From contig JAVBPX010000005.1 of assembly GCA_031549365.1 (NCBI GenBank), forward strand, positions 28,163 to 92,162: 64,000 nucleotides of DNA. Direction: 5' to 3'. The notes below the pieces were generated by a model. It was not told the DNA's origin. It did no database searches and worked only from the letters and a program-made list of their open reading frames with translations. The position numbers and the translations under genes are program-made. Position 1 is the stretch's first letter, and every line of letters starts with the position of its first letter. Origin of the DNA: Alphaproteobacteria bacterium. GTDB taxonomy: Bacteria; Pseudomonadota; Alphaproteobacteria; Rs-D84. Shown in pieces: positions 50,061 through 60,431 of the stretch.

Positions 50061-50293
50061 TGGTTGATATTAAAGATTTAAATTTTGAAGAGGCTTTGAC
50101 ACAATTAAATACGATCGTTCAAAAGATGGAATCAGGTCAGATTTCATTAGAAGAATCAGTCAAGGCGTATGAAATGGGGATTGCTTTGAAAAAACATTGC
50201 GACATGAAATTGAAAGAAGCGGAATTGAAAATTGAGAAGATTAGGCCAGAGAGTTTGACGCAAAACGGGGATGTAGAAACGACTCCATTTTAA
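50060..50293 (+). CDS. xseB: Exodeoxyribonuclease VII small subunit
   Basis: FEEAL..L..IV..MESG..SLEES..YE.G. Confidence 0.93.
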   Translation: MVDIKDLNFEEALTQLNTIVQKMESGQISLEESVKAYEMGIALKKHCDMKLKEAELKIEKIRPESLTQNGDVETTPF

Positions 50294-50402
50294 AATACAT
50301 GAAAACCAACGATTGAAAACAAGTTTTTAATTTTTTTGAGCCTTATATAGTTTATATACACAGCGGTCCTAAAAAATTATTTACATTCATTTGATTTTGA
50401 TG
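50292..50402 (+). repeat. Family H element with partly deleted right arm
   Basis: TGAAAA..AAACAAG..CCTTATATA..CAGCGG..ATTTTGA. Confidence 0.7.
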
Positions 50403-50442
50403 AAAAGAGTTAGATTTAGGAAAAGTATAAAAGGGTTATAGA

Positions 50443-53034
50443 GTGGAGAATCAGGAAAAATTATCGCCGGTGATGCAGCAATATCTGGATTTTAAACGGG
50501 AAAATCCAGAAGCATTATTGTTATTCAGGTTGGGTGATTTTTACGAAGTGTTTTTCGATGATGCCATCATCGTTTCGCGCGCGCTGGATTTGGTTTTAAC
50601 AAAACGCGGAAATGAAATTCCAATGTGCGGAGTTCCATTTCATGCTGCGGATAATTATATTGCACGGTTGGTTAAACAGGGTTTTCATGTTGCGATTGCA
50701 GAACAAATGGAAACGCCAGACGAAGCCCGTGCCCGAGGAGCAAAACAATTGCGTCGGGATATTGTTCGGGTTTTAACGCCTGGGACAATTGTGGATGATC
50801 ATTTATTAGCCGGGTCGCAATCAAATTTTTTGGTTGCGGTTATTAAATCAAAGTTTGGTTGGTCGTTGGCGGGTTCGGAATTATCCACGGGGGATTTTTT
50901 TATATCAGATGTTCGAGGATCCATTATTGATACGATTATGCGGATTAAACCGGCCGAAATTTTGGCGGATGAATCGGTTGCAGAAGATGTTGATATTCGT
51001 GCTATTAAATCCATGATTCCGGTTACTTTCGTTCATGAGCGTTTATTTCAGAAATCAAACATGGATGAAAATTTAGGGCGGGTTTTTGGAGTGCATCAAA
51101 ATTTTAATCGTATGAATGAATCACAAAAGTTGACGGTTGGTTTATTGGCTCATTATTTAATCCAAACACAACGCGGGTCATTTGTGCCGTTCAAGAGTTT
51201 TCGTATTTTGGGCGATGGATCCAGATTGCAGATTGATGCTTCGACCTGGAAAAGTTTAGAGATTGATGAATCAATGTCTGGGAAATCTGGCGTTACATTA
51301 TTAGATGTGATTGATAATACGGTTACTGCTGCTGGGGCGCGCTGTTTGCGTTCGATGTTGCGTGAATTATTGGGGGACGTTGAAATAATAGCAGATAGGC
51401 AGGATAGAATCGAGAATTTGGTCAAAAAAACCGGTGTTTTACGTGATTGGCGTGCGTTATTAAAGAAAATGCCAGATATTGAACGCGCATTATCCAGATT
51501 GTTATCCGAACGTGGATCTCCACGGGATTTGTTATCGATTTCCCATGCTCTGCAAATGATGCCTGGGGTTCGGGCGATGGCAAATGAGTTAGATGAAAAA
51601 ACTTTGGATGAAGTGAAATCTTTGGCATTGCATGAAGCGTTATCATTTGAATTGGTGCGAGCATTGGAAGATGATTTGCCTGCATTCTTTCGAGAGGGTG
51701 GTGTTATACGAGAGGGATTTCATGCTGGTTTGGATCAATTGCGTGATTTGGCTGCGAATTCAAAAAAAATTATTGCAGGTTTGCAAAATGAATATGTTTC
51801 AAAATCTGGCGCCAATTTATTAAAGATTAAATACAATAATTTATTAGGGTATTTTATAGAGGTTCCGCCAAAACAGGCAGAATCAATGTTGGGGATTGAA
51901 TCTGAATTTATTCATAAACAGACTTTGGTTGGCGGCGTTCGGTTTACAACAGTTCGATTGGCTGAATTGGATTCGGAAATTAGATCTGCCGCTGAAAAAG
52001 CCGTGGCTGTTGAAAAAGAAATTGTTCGAGAATTAATCGAAAAGATTCGTGGGGCGGCCGAAGATTTGAGAAAAATTGCAGAAGTGTTGGCGAGAATTGA
52101 TGTTTATGCCGCGTTGGCCGAAGTTGCAATAATTAATAATTGGGTTCGGCCCAATGTAGTTAATGAAAAAGTATTTAATATAATTGGAGGTCGCCATCCT
52201 GTTGTTGAACACGTTTTATCGAATAATCATTCACAATTTGTTGCAAATGATTGTGTTTTTGAAAATGGTAAAACTGTTTGGTTAATGACTGGGCCAAATA
52301 TGGCTGGAAAATCAACATATTTGAGGCAAAATGCGATAATTGTTGTGTTGGCACATTTGGGGTCATTTGTTCCCGCCAGATCGGCACAAATTGGAATTGT
52401 GGATCAATTATTTTCCCGTGTTGGGGCGTCCGATAATTTGGCCCAGGGACAATCAACATTTATGGTTGAAATGATAGAGACTGCCAATATTTTAAATCGT
52501 GCGACAGATCGTAGTTTTGTTATTTTGGATGAAATTGGCAGGGGGACTTCTACTTGGGATGGTTTGTCCATGGCTTGGGCTGTATTGGAATATTTAAATC
52601 AATTAGGGTGTTTGACATTATTTGCAACACATTATCATGAATTAGTTGCGCTGCGCGATACGTTATCTAAATTGGCCTGTATGACGATTGAAATCAAAGA
52701 GCAGGATAATGAAATTATATTTATGCATCGTGTAATTTCAGGTGTTGCAAACAGATCATACGGAATTCATGTGGCAAGTATGGCGGGTGTTCCAAAGCCG
52801 GTGATTTTAAGGGCCGAGGCTGTTTTAAAACAGTTGGAATCAGATCAAAAAGTTGGTAAAGATTTAAGGACGTTGACTCTGTTTGATGCCCCCAGTTTGG
52901 TTGTTGATAAAAAAGACGTAAAGAATGATGCGGTTTTGGAAAAATTGCGTGGGTTGGATTTGAATTCAATGACACCAATGCAGGCATTGGAATTTTTGGA
53001 TAAATTGAAAAAAGATGTGAAAATGGGCGATTAA
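50443..53034 (+). CDS. mutS: DNA mismatch repair protein MutS
   Basis: FRLGDFYE, TGPNMAGKST, DEIGRGT, FATHYHE. Confidence 0.97.
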   Translation: MENQEKLSPVMQQYLDFKRENPEALLLFRLGDFYEVFFDDAIIVSRALDLVLTKRGNEIPMCGVPFHAADNYIARLVKQGFHVAIAEQMETPDEARARGAKQLRRDIVRVLTPGTIVDDHLLAGSQSNFLVAVIKSKFGWSLAGSELSTGDFFISDVRGSIIDTIMRIKPAEILADESVAEDVDIRAIKSMIPVTFVHERLFQKSNMDENLGRVFGVHQNFNRMNESQKLTVGLLAHYLIQTQRGSFVPFKSFRILGDGSRLQIDASTWKSLEIDESMSGKSGVTLLDVIDNTVTAAGARCLRSMLRELLGDVEIIADRQDRIENLVKKTGVLRDWRALLKKMPDIERALSRLLSERGSPRDLLSISHALQMMPGVRAMANELDEKTLDEVKSLALHEALSFELVRALEDDLPAFFREGGVIREGFHAGLDQLRDLAANSKKIIAGLQNEYVSKSGANLLKIKYNNLLGYFIEVPPKQAESMLGIESEFIHKQTLVGGVRFTTVRLAELDSEIRSAAEKAVAVEKEIVRELIEKIRGAAEDLRKIAEVLARIDVYAALAEVAIINNWVRPNVVNEKVFNIIGGRHPVVEHVLSNNHSQFVANDCVFENGKTVWLMTGPNMAGKSTYLRQNAIIVVLAHLGSFVPARSAQIGIVDQLFSRVGASDNLAQGQSTFMVEMIETANILNRATDRSFVILDEIGRGTSTWDGLSMAWAVLEYLNQLGCLTLFATHYHELVALRDTLSKLACMTIEIKEQDNEIIFMHRVISGVANRSYGIHVASMAGVPKPVILRAEAVLKQLESDQKVGKDLRTLTLFDAPSLVVDKKDVKNDAVLEKLRGLDLNSMTPMQALEFLDKLKKDVKMGD

Positions 53035-53138
53035 AAACAAGTTTATTGTTTTTTAGAACCCTTATGTACGTTTGTGTACACTGCGGGCTATAAAAAACAA
53101 TAAATTCTTTATAGTCATCCTGTTTTGACATCTTTTTT
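53008..53138 (+). repeat. Long palindromic element (family H) supplying the mutS C-terminus and stop
   Basis: AAAAAAGATG-TGAAAAT...GTTTTGA-CATCTTTTTT. Confidence 0.9.
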
Positions 53139-53176
53139 GTGAGCGTATATTATAAGAGTGTTGAATATTTGTAAGG

Positions 53177-54337
53177 GTGTTGGAAATTATGAAGTCTGGG
53201 TGGATTGTTTTAGATAAACCAAAGGGATTGACCAGTAGTCGCGCTGGGTTTATTTTGCGCAAAATTTTTGGGGCAAAAACGGTTGGGCATTTGGGGACAT
53301 TGGATCCCATGGCGACCGGGGTTTTGGTGGTTGCGTTGGGGGAAGCAACAAAAATGATACCGTATATTGCTGAAACACCAAAAGAGTATGTTTTTCAAAT
53401 TCAATTTGGGCAAAGTCGCGATACAGATGATGCCGAGGGGCGAGTTATTTTGGAAAACGATAATAGGCCGACTTTGACGCAAATATTGGAAGTTTTGCCA
53501 AAATTTATTGGAAATATCGAACAAATTCCGCCGGCGTACAGTGCAATTCATATTGATGGGAAACGTGCGTATGATTTGGCGCGCAAGGGTGTTGAGGTTG
53601 ATATGCCAAAGCGGACAGTTCGGATTGATGAATTAGAGGTTTTTGGTGTTGGTGTTAATGATTTAGGAGAACATCGTGTCACGGAAAAATCGTTGCCGAT
53701 TTTTCGCGATGTTCTTGATTTTGATGTTAAGTCTGGTGTGGATAAAAGTGATGAAAAAATTTTGTGCAGAGATAAAGATTTAAATATCAGTAAAGACAGT
53801 ACGGTGTTGCATTCGCAACAAGATGTTTTGTTGGATTCTGTGATGTTAAGGGTGGTTTGTGGCGGGGGGACCTATGTTCGTTCGTTGGCCCGGGATGTTT
53901 CGGCCGCGGTTGGATGTTTGGGATATGTTGATGTTTTACGGCGCACCATGTCCAACGGATTTAAGGTTGAGTTTAACAGTGAAAAATTGGGGATGTTTTC
54001 AGGTTGTTTGGAAGACGTTGTGCCCATAAAAAATGAAGAAATAACGAAAAATGGCCGAAACTGGGAAAAATGTGCGATAAAACTTGAAAAATCAAACGAA
54101 GTGGATTATCATGTAGTTGCCGAATCGCTGGATGATTCGTTAATTCCCATTGATGCCGTGCTGGGCGACATCCCGGTTATGCAGATTAATGGGTCGGATT
54201 TATCGTTGTTTTTAAATGGCGGTATGTTGCCGATAGCGGATAAGGGCGTCTTTCGTACTTATTGCGAGGGACGGTTTCTGGGGATTGCGGTGGCGGACGG
54301 TGAATTCGTTCACATTGTTCGTCGAATTAATGAATAG
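53177..54337 (+). CDS. truB: tRNA pseudouridine(55) synthase with two insertions
   Basis: LDKP.G, GHLGTLDP, PPAYSA, GTYVRSLARD. Confidence 0.93.
   Translation: MLEIMKSGWIVLDKPKGLTSSRAGFILRKIFGAKTVGHLGTLDPMATGVLVVALGEATKMIPYIAETPKEYVFQIQFGQSRDTDDAEGRVILENDNRPTLTQILEVLPKFIGNIEQIPPAYSAIHIDGKRAYDLARKGVEVDMPKRTVRIDELEVFGVGVNDLGEHRVTEKSLPIFRDVLDFDVKSGVDKSDEKILCRDKDLNISKDSTVLHSQQDVLLDSVMLRVVCGGGTYVRSLARDVSAAVGCLGYVDVLRRTMSNGFKVEFNSEKLGMFSGCLEDVVPIKNEEITKNGRNWEKCAIKLEKSNEVDYHVVAESLDDSLIPIDAVLGDIPVMQINGSDLSLFLNGGMLPIADKGVFRTYCEGRFLGIAVADGEFVHIVRRINE
53668..53715 (+). repeat. TGTCACG-type hairpin element, in frame inside truB
   Basis: Same scaffold as 59526-59575. Confidence 0.65.
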
Positions 54338-54346
54338 TGGTTTTGA

Positions 54347-54412
54347 CCCCTCACTAGATTTTCTGCAAATCAGAGATTTGTGAAAATCTTGCCTCTCTCG
54401 CAAGGGGCGAGG
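54347..54412 (+). repeat. CCCCTC...GGGGCGAG REP-like element
   Basis: Same scaffold as 63933-63999 with a different internal stem. Confidence 0.65.
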
Positions 54413-54452
54413 AATTTGAGAGAGTTAAAATAAACATACAAAAGGAAAAAAG

Positions 54453-54737
54453 ATGTCGATTAAAAGAGCTGATAGAAAAGTAAAAGAAGCCGAGTTGGTT
54501 AAAGCGTTTAAAAATTCTGAGAAAGATAATGGTGGTTCCGCAGAAGCACAGGCTGCCATTTTAACAGAACGTATTCGTAATTTGACGGAGCACATGAAAG
54601 CAAACCACAAAGATCAACATTCCAAACGCGGTTTGTTGTTGATGGTTGAAAAACGTAAAAAATTATTGGCCTATGTCAAGGGCAATGATGTTAAGGCTTA
54701 TGAAGAGTTGATCAAGAAATTGGGAATTCGTAAATAA
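54453..54737 (+). CDS. rpsO: 30S ribosomal protein S15
   Basis: GSAEAQAAILTERI, KDQHSKRGLL. Confidence 0.96.
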   Translation: MSIKRADRKVKEAELVKAFKNSEKDNGGSAEAQAAILTERIRNLTEHMKANHKDQHSKRGLLLMVEKRKKLLAYVKGNDVKAYEELIKKLGIRK

Positions 54738-55235
54738 GTTGATGGGATTGCGCCGAATGGCGCAGTTCCCTTTTTTGAAAGCATGGTGTTTTCAAAAATA
54801 AATTAGTGTTAATAGGGATAAAAAGGATCGTTTATTTTTGCAGATTTGATCTATGTTATTGGAAAAACATTTTTTAAATGTTTTTATAGTTTCGATTAAG
54901 GCCGGTGCGGATTAGATTTATTGTTCTATAATGTTAGGTATATATTGGACCGATATAGCAAATTGCTGTGTTTTTAAAATAGCAATAATAATGATGATGT
55001 TTTGAGTCTGTGAGGACAAACGATTTTTCCCTGTTGATTTTTGTAAATAGCGATTATTAGTTTTAGTAAAAATGTGTCGCAAGCGACAGCATTGTTTTAC
55101 TGAGTCCCCGACCAATATTCCGCCCATGGCGTCATTTGTCGAGGATGACCAAAGAGAAAGATTTGTTTTGCAAAATAAGCAGCAGAATAAATTTATGGAA
55201 ATTAATAATCGGACCAAAACATTAAGGAGAAAAAT

Positions 55236-57386
55236 ATGTTTGGTATTTTTAAAAAAGGACAAAAAAATCCAGGGGGATTGAATCACCCGGTTTCTGTGTC
55301 TATGGAATGGGGCGGCGCAACATTAACGTTGGAAACAGGCCGTTTTGCGAAACAAGCAACGGGCGCTGTTATGGCAACATATGGAGAAACCATGGTGTTG
55401 GCAACAGTTGTTTCCGCAAAAAAAGCAGTTGTTGGACAAGATTTTTTCCCATTGACAGTTAATTACATTGAAAAAATGGCATCAGTTGGAAAAATTCCAG
55501 GTGGTTTTCCACGTCGTGAATTAAGACCAACGGATGAAGAAACATTAAAAGCACGTTTGATAGACAGGCCAATTCGTCCTTTGTTCCCAGAAACTTTTAA
55601 AAACGAAACACAAATCGTTACAACTGTTTATGGATATGACAAAAAGAATTCGCCAGATGTGTTGGCTGTGGTTGCTGCGTCAGCTGCGTTGGCAATTTCA
55701 GGAATTCCATTCCAAGGACCAATTGGTGCCGCACGTGTTGGATATAGCGACAAAAAATATTTGTTAAATCCAACAAACGAAGAACGTTTGACATCCGAAT
55801 TGGATTTGGTTGTTGCTGGAACAAAAGACGGAGTTTTGATGGTTGAATCCGAAGCGTCCGAATTATCAGAAGACGTTATGTTGGGTGCTGTTAAAGCTGG
55901 GTTTGAATTTTTCCAACCAGTTATTGGTTTGATTAATGAATTGGCCGAAAAAGCCGGTAAAGATGCATGGGAAGTTGAAGCGTTGGCGCCAGAATATGTT
56001 GCAATGCAGAAAAAATTGGAAAAACAATTTATTTCAGCGATTACAGAAGCGTTGACCATTTCCAAAAAAGAAGAAAGATATGCTGCGATGGATTCAATAG
56101 TTGCAGATGCGATTGCTTCGTTGGGTGATTCCGCAACAGATTTGGATCAAAAATGGGCCAAAGAAATTGTTGATCATTTAACTGGTAAAGTTTTGCGTCG
56201 CAATATTTTGGATTCAAAACCACGTATTGACGGTCGCGACAATAAAACTGTACGTCCGATTGAGGTAGAAGTTGGTTTGTTATCACGTTGTCACGGTTCA
56301 GCATTATTTACGCGCGGTGAAACACAGGCGTTGGTTTCATTGACTCTGGGCGGAAAAGCAGATGCAAAATTAATGGAAGATATGGATGGTAAACGTGATG
56401 AAAGATTCATGTTACATTATAATTTCCCATCATTTTCAGTTGGTGAAACAGGTCGTATGGGCGCACCTGGACGTCGTGAAATTGGTCACGGAAAATTGGC
56501 ATGGCGCGCAATCAATCCAATGTTGCCATCACAAGAAGAATTTGATTATACAATTCGTATGATTTCAGATGTGTTGGAATCAAATGGTTCGTCTTCGATG
56601 GCGACTGTTTGTGGTACAACATTGGCTTTGATGGATGGTGGTGTTCCAATGAAACGTCCGGTTGCAGGTATTGCGATGGGATTGGTTAAAGAAGGTAAAG
56701 AATTTGCCGTATTAACCGACATTTTGGGCGACGAAGATCATTTGGGTGATATGGATTTCAAAGTTGCTGGATCCGAAAAAGGTGTTACAGCATTGCAAAT
56801 GGATATTAAAATTACATCCATTACATTTGAAATTATGAAGATTGCATTAGCCCAAGCATTTGAAGGACGCAAACATATTTTAGGAATTATGACGTCGGCA
56901 ATCAAAAAGCCACGTACGGAATTATCAAAATATGCTCCGCAAACTTTGGAAATGAAAATCAATCCAGATAAAATTCGCGAAGTTATTGGTAAAGGTGGTT
57001 CTGTTATTCAAGATATTACTAAAAAAACCAATACATCGATTGATATTAATGACGAGGGCGTAATTAAAATTACAGCCACAGACGTTGAAGATGCAAATCG
57101 CGCGATTGATATGATCAAAGTAATTACTGCCGAACCAGAAGTTGGTATGATTTATGAAGGTAGCGTGGTTTCGATTAAAGATTTTGGCGCTTTTGTTAAA
57201 TTCTTTGGTTCGAACGAAGGGTTAGTTCATATTTCAGAAATCACCGGCGAACGTTTAGATTCCATGGATCAAGCCAAATTGAAAGAAGGACAAAAAGTTT
57301 TCGTTCAATATACTGGCATGGATAAACGTGGAAAGACGAAATTGTCTATGGTGGGAATTGATCAGAAAACTGGCAAAAAAGCGTAA
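55236..57386 (+). CDS. pnp: Polyribonucleotide nucleotidyltransferase
   Basis: [28 protein letters not shown] and S1 domains. Confidence 0.97.
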   Translation: MFGIFKKGQKNPGGLNHPVSVSMEWGGATLTLETGRFAKQATGAVMATYGETMVLATVVSAKKAVVGQDFFPLTVNYIEKMASVGKIPGGFPRRELRPTDEETLKARLIDRPIRPLFPETFKNETQIVTTVYGYDKKNSPDVLAVVAASAALAISGIPFQGPIGAARVGYSDKKYLLNPTNEERLTSELDLVVAGTKDGVLMVESEASELSEDVMLGAVKAGFEFFQPVIGLINELAEKAGKDAWEVEALAPEYVAMQKKLEKQFISAITEALTISKKEERYAAMDSIVADAIASLGDSATDLDQKWAKEIVDHLTGKVLRRNILDSKPRIDGRDNKTVRPIEVEVGLLSRCHGSALFTRGETQALVSLTLGGKADAKLMEDMDGKRDERFMLHYNFPSFSVGETGRMGAPGRREIGHGKLAWRAINPMLPSQEEFDYTIRMISDVLESNGSSSMATVCGTTLALMDGGVPMKRPVAGIAMGLVKEGKEFAVLTDILGDEDHLGDMDFKVAGSEKGVTALQMDIKITSITFEIMKIALAQAFEGRKHILGIMTSAIKKPRTELSKYAPQTLEMKINPDKIREVIGKGGSVIQDITKKTNTSIDINDEGVIKITATDVEDANRAIDMIKVITAEPEVGMIYEGSVVSIKDFGAFVKFFGSNEGLVHISEITGERLDSMDQAKLKEGQKVFVQYTGMDKRGKTKLSMVGIDQKTGKKA

Positions 57387-57512
57387 TTTTTATGAAAATT
57401 CGCGCTTGGAAAACAAGACATTAATTTTTTCGAGGGTTCATGTGTGTTTATATACATGAACCCCAGAAAAAATAAATGTTTCTGTCCAATCATCGTATTT
57501 TGATAAAAATTA
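57384..57512 (+). repeat. Long palindromic element (family H) starting at the pnp stop
   Basis: TAATTTTTA-TGAAAAT...ATTTTGA-TAAAAATTA, 111-bp core. Confidence 0.85.
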
Positions 57513-57703
57513 GAGTGGTTGGTTTTTTAGGTGTGAATTTTAAAAATTAGTTTTTTGTAGCTCGGCGCATGGGTCGCTGTGTTATCAAATTTAAAAACAG
57601 TCGGCACAACGAATATAGGCATAATTAGCCTGGTTGAGGTTTTGCCGCCATCGGTTAGGTTTGTGGTTGATTAATTTTATAATTTACAATTTTAGGGTTA
57701 CAG

Positions 57704-57970
57704 ATGAAAAAGAGTATTAATTTAAGAGCGGACAGAGTTCGCAATAATTCACGTGCTTTGCTTTTGTGGGCAAAGGATGCGCGAGTAATTATTTTACCAA
57801 TGTTATTGGTATTTGGTGGTGCAGGTTTGGCTGCCAGTCATTTTACAAAGGATGGTAGAATTGTCGGGAGTTTATTAATGTTTCCGTTTTTTCCATTATT
57901 AGAAACGTGGAATAAACAAAAAGATTCTTATCGTAGGCAGATTATAAAACAACGCAGTAAAAAACGTTAG
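57704..57970 (+). CDS. Small hypothetical membrane protein
   Basis: 88 aa, two hydrophobic segments. Confidence 0.5.
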   Translation: MKKSINLRADRVRNNSRALLLWAKDARVIILPMLLVFGGAGLAASHFTKDGRIVGSLLMFPFFPLLETWNKQKDSYRRQIIKQRSKKR

Positions 57971-58095
57971 TTGAATTTCACCCAAAGATTTGTTTTTGAC
58001 AGATGTGATTAGATAATGTGAATTTTAGTTGTTTTTTGGTGATTTGTTTGCTATGGTTTTCATGAGTTAGATGAAAACAAAACAAGGAGTGTTTT

Positions 58096-58659
58096 ATGGT
58101 TGAATTAAATGCATTACGCACAGAAGCCAAAGAACGTACAGGACAAACAATTGAAGTTTTAAAAAATGAATTTGTTGGATTGCGTACTGGGCGTGCGTCG
58201 ATCAATATGTTGGATCCAGTTCGTGTTGATGTTTATGGTTCGTTGATGCCGATTTCACAATTGGCGTCCGTTTCAACGCCAGAGCCACAAATGATTTCAG
58301 TGTCAGTGTGGGATAATTCAACAGTTGGTAAAATTGAAAAAGCAATTCGCGAATCTGGGTTGGGTTTGAATCCGCAGGTTGATGGTACTTTGATTAGGTT
58401 GCGTTTGCCGCCTTTGACCGAAGAGCGTCGCAAAGAATTGGTTAAAGTTGCAAAAGAATATGCAGAAAATGCACAGGTTGCCTGCCGCAATATTCGTCAG
58501 GATATTATGCAAAAAATCAAAAAGGCCGAAGCTGAGAAATTAATTTCCGAAGATGATCAGAAACATTTTTCCGAAGATGTTCAGAAAATATTTGACGAAC
58601 GTTCATCCGAAATTACAGAAATGGCCAAGAAAAAAGAATCTGATATTTTGTCGGTATAG
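58096..58659 (+). CDS. frr: Ribosome recycling factor
   Basis: LRTGRAS, GLNP, PPLTEERRKEL. Confidence 0.97.
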   Translation: MVELNALRTEAKERTGQTIEVLKNEFVGLRTGRASINMLDPVRVDVYGSLMPISQLASVSTPEPQMISVSVWDNSTVGKIEKAIRESGLGLNPQVDGTLIRLRLPPLTEERRKELVKVAKEYAENAQVACRNIRQDIMQKIKKAEAEKLISEDDQKHFSEDVQKIFDERSSEITEMAKKKESDILSV

Positions 58660-58730
58660 TTTGTTATTATAGGTCAATAGCGTTACGTTGAAAAACGTTT
58701 TTGCTGTTGGCCTTTTTGTGATTAGTTGTT

Positions 58731-58765
58731 GAGATTGCCGGGTCGTTAGCGCTCGTCACAATGAC
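58731..58765. repeat. GAGATTGC...CAATGAC REP-like element
   Basis: Matches 63800-63827 at both ends. Confidence 0.6.
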
Positions 58766-58788
58766 AGAGAAAAGAAAAGTAAAAGGGG

Positions 58789-59508
58789 TTGTTAGTGGTT
58801 GATAAAAACAAAGTAATTCCAAATCATATTGCTTTTGTTTGTGATGGAAATGGGCGTTGGGCACAGGCGAGGGGTAAAAAACGCACCTATGGACATGCTG
58901 CCGGAGAAAAAGTTTTTGAATCAGTTGTGGATGCGTTAATTAAACGCGGTGTTTCTACGATTACTTTTTATGTGTTTTCAACCGAAAATTGGAAACGGTC
59001 CAAAGAAGAAGTCGGATATTTAATGGAGCGTTTTGAATATGGGTTAAAAAGCCAATTGAAAATGGCACAAAAACGCGATTTGAGGGTTAGAATTATTGGA
59101 ACACGCGAAGGATTATCCAAAAAAATAGTTAAATTAATCGAAAATATGGAAGAAAAGACTGTTGAAAATACAAGCGGGACGATTTGTTTTGCATTAAATT
59201 ACGGTGGTCAAGATGAAATTGTGCGGGCGGCCAAAGATATGGCCAGGGATGCGATTTCTGGTGATGTTGATTTGAATTCTGTGGATGAAGGTGTTTTTTC
59301 AACGTATTTGGATTCAGGAGATTTGCTGCCAATTGATTTAATGGTTCGCACATCCCAAGAAATTCGTATTTCAAATTTCATGTTATGGAGTTTGGCATAT
59401 GCGGAAATGATGTTCATCAAAGAGTATTGGCCGGATATGAATGAGAAGATTATTGATAGAGTGCTGCGAGAATATGCGAAAAGGAATAGGAGATTTGGGA
59501 AAGCGTAG
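58789..59508 (+). CDS. uppS: Undecaprenyl diphosphate synthase
   Basis: DGNGRWA, FSTENWKR, RTS.E.RISNF. Confidence 0.96.
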   Translation: MLVVDKNKVIPNHIAFVCDGNGRWAQARGKKRTYGHAAGEKVFESVVDALIKRGVSTITFYVFSTENWKRSKEEVGYLMERFEYGLKSQLKMAQKRDLRVRIIGTREGLSKKIVKLIENMEEKTVENTSGTICFALNYGGQDEIVRAAKDMARDAISGDVDLNSVDEGVFSTYLDSGDLLPIDLMVRTSQEIRISNFMLWSLAYAEMMFIKEYWPDMNEKIIDRVLREYAKRNRRFGKA

Positions 59509-59525
59509 CGATATGTATTATAAAG

Positions 59526-59575
59526 GCGCAACTTTGTCACGAAAAAATCTACGATGCGATTTTTTGAAGTTGCGC
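59526..59575 (+). repeat. TGTCACG-type hairpin element (intergenic copy)
   Basis: GCGCAACTT-TGTCACG-AAAAAATC..GATTTTTT-G-AAGTTGCGC. Confidence 0.65.
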
Positions 59576-59633
59576 GAGGTTGTTTTAAGTGTCGTGCGGA
59601 TAAATATTATTTAAAGATAAGGTGGTGGTAAAA

Positions 59634-60419
59634 ATGTATGGGTTATTTGGAAAAGAATTGAGTAAAAATACACGCAACAGAATTTTGTCGTCGATTGCGA
59701 TGATTGCAATTGCATTGGGTGTAATTTTGTTGGGAAAAAATGCATGGATTATTGCATCCGTTATTTTTGGATTATCCATGATGTGGGAAGTTGAAAAAAT
59801 TTATGTTGGATCGATTCGTGCATTGGTTTTTCCGGCTATTTCGGCGATTTGTGTTGCCGTGTATTTTTATTTTGGAATTAATAATTATTGGTATTTAACG
59901 CCATTTGCGGCCGTTATCTTGGGTTGGGTTGCGGCATTTGGAATTCGTAAATATAATTTTGAGCGCGCGATCGCATTATTATGGATTTTTAAATTAATGG
60001 TGGCGGCTTGGATTTTGATGGCGGTGCCGTTTATTTTTGTTTGGTTATTTTTTGTTATTGCGGCGGCAGATACAGGGGCATGGTTTTTTGGGCGTTTAAT
60101 CGGAGGCGATAAATTATGGCCAAGTATCAGTCCAAAGAAAACATGGTCTGGGCAAATTATGGGCGTTGTGTCGGCGGCGATTGTGGGCGGATTAATTGGT
60201 TTGATATGTCATGATTTATCGTTCTTTTTTTATGCTTTGATTGCTGTGTCGGTTGCGCTGTTATCGCAGTATGGGGATTTGACGGTATCATATTTAAAAC
60301 GTCGTAATGGGATCAAAGATATGTCCAATTTAATTCCAGGACATGGCGGAATTTTGGACCGTTTTGATGGTTGGATTTATGTGTTGCCAATTATGGCGGC
60401 AATAATTTATTGGTTATAA
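59634..60419 (+). CDS. cdsA: Phosphatidate cytidylyltransferase
   Basis: ISPKKTWSG, KDMSNLIPGHGGILDRFD. Confidence 0.95.
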   Translation: MYGLFGKELSKNTRNRILSSIAMIAIALGVILLGKNAWIIASVIFGLSMMWEVEKIYVGSIRALVFPAISAICVAVYFYFGINNYWYLTPFAAVILGWVAAFGIRKYNFERAIALLWIFKLMVAAWILMAVPFIFVWLFFVIAAADTGAWFFGRLIGGDKLWPSISPKKTWSGQIMGVVSAAIVGGLIGLICHDLSFFFYALIAVSVALLSQYGDLTVSYLKRRNGIKDMSNLIPGHGGILDRFDGWIYVLPIMAAIIYWL

Positions 60420-60431
60420 GGAGAGATTTTT

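Noticed and set aside
54780-55235. rpsO-pnp spacer ORFs (54918-55286, 55072-55281) or an sRNA
   Set aside because: No coding signal; the content is explained by a promoter region and a REP-like hairpin at 55102-55149.
57535-57615. Additional family H copy
   Set aside because: It has a CTCGG..CTGTG hairpin resembling the core but lacks the TGA...TGA ends and length; too degenerate to call.
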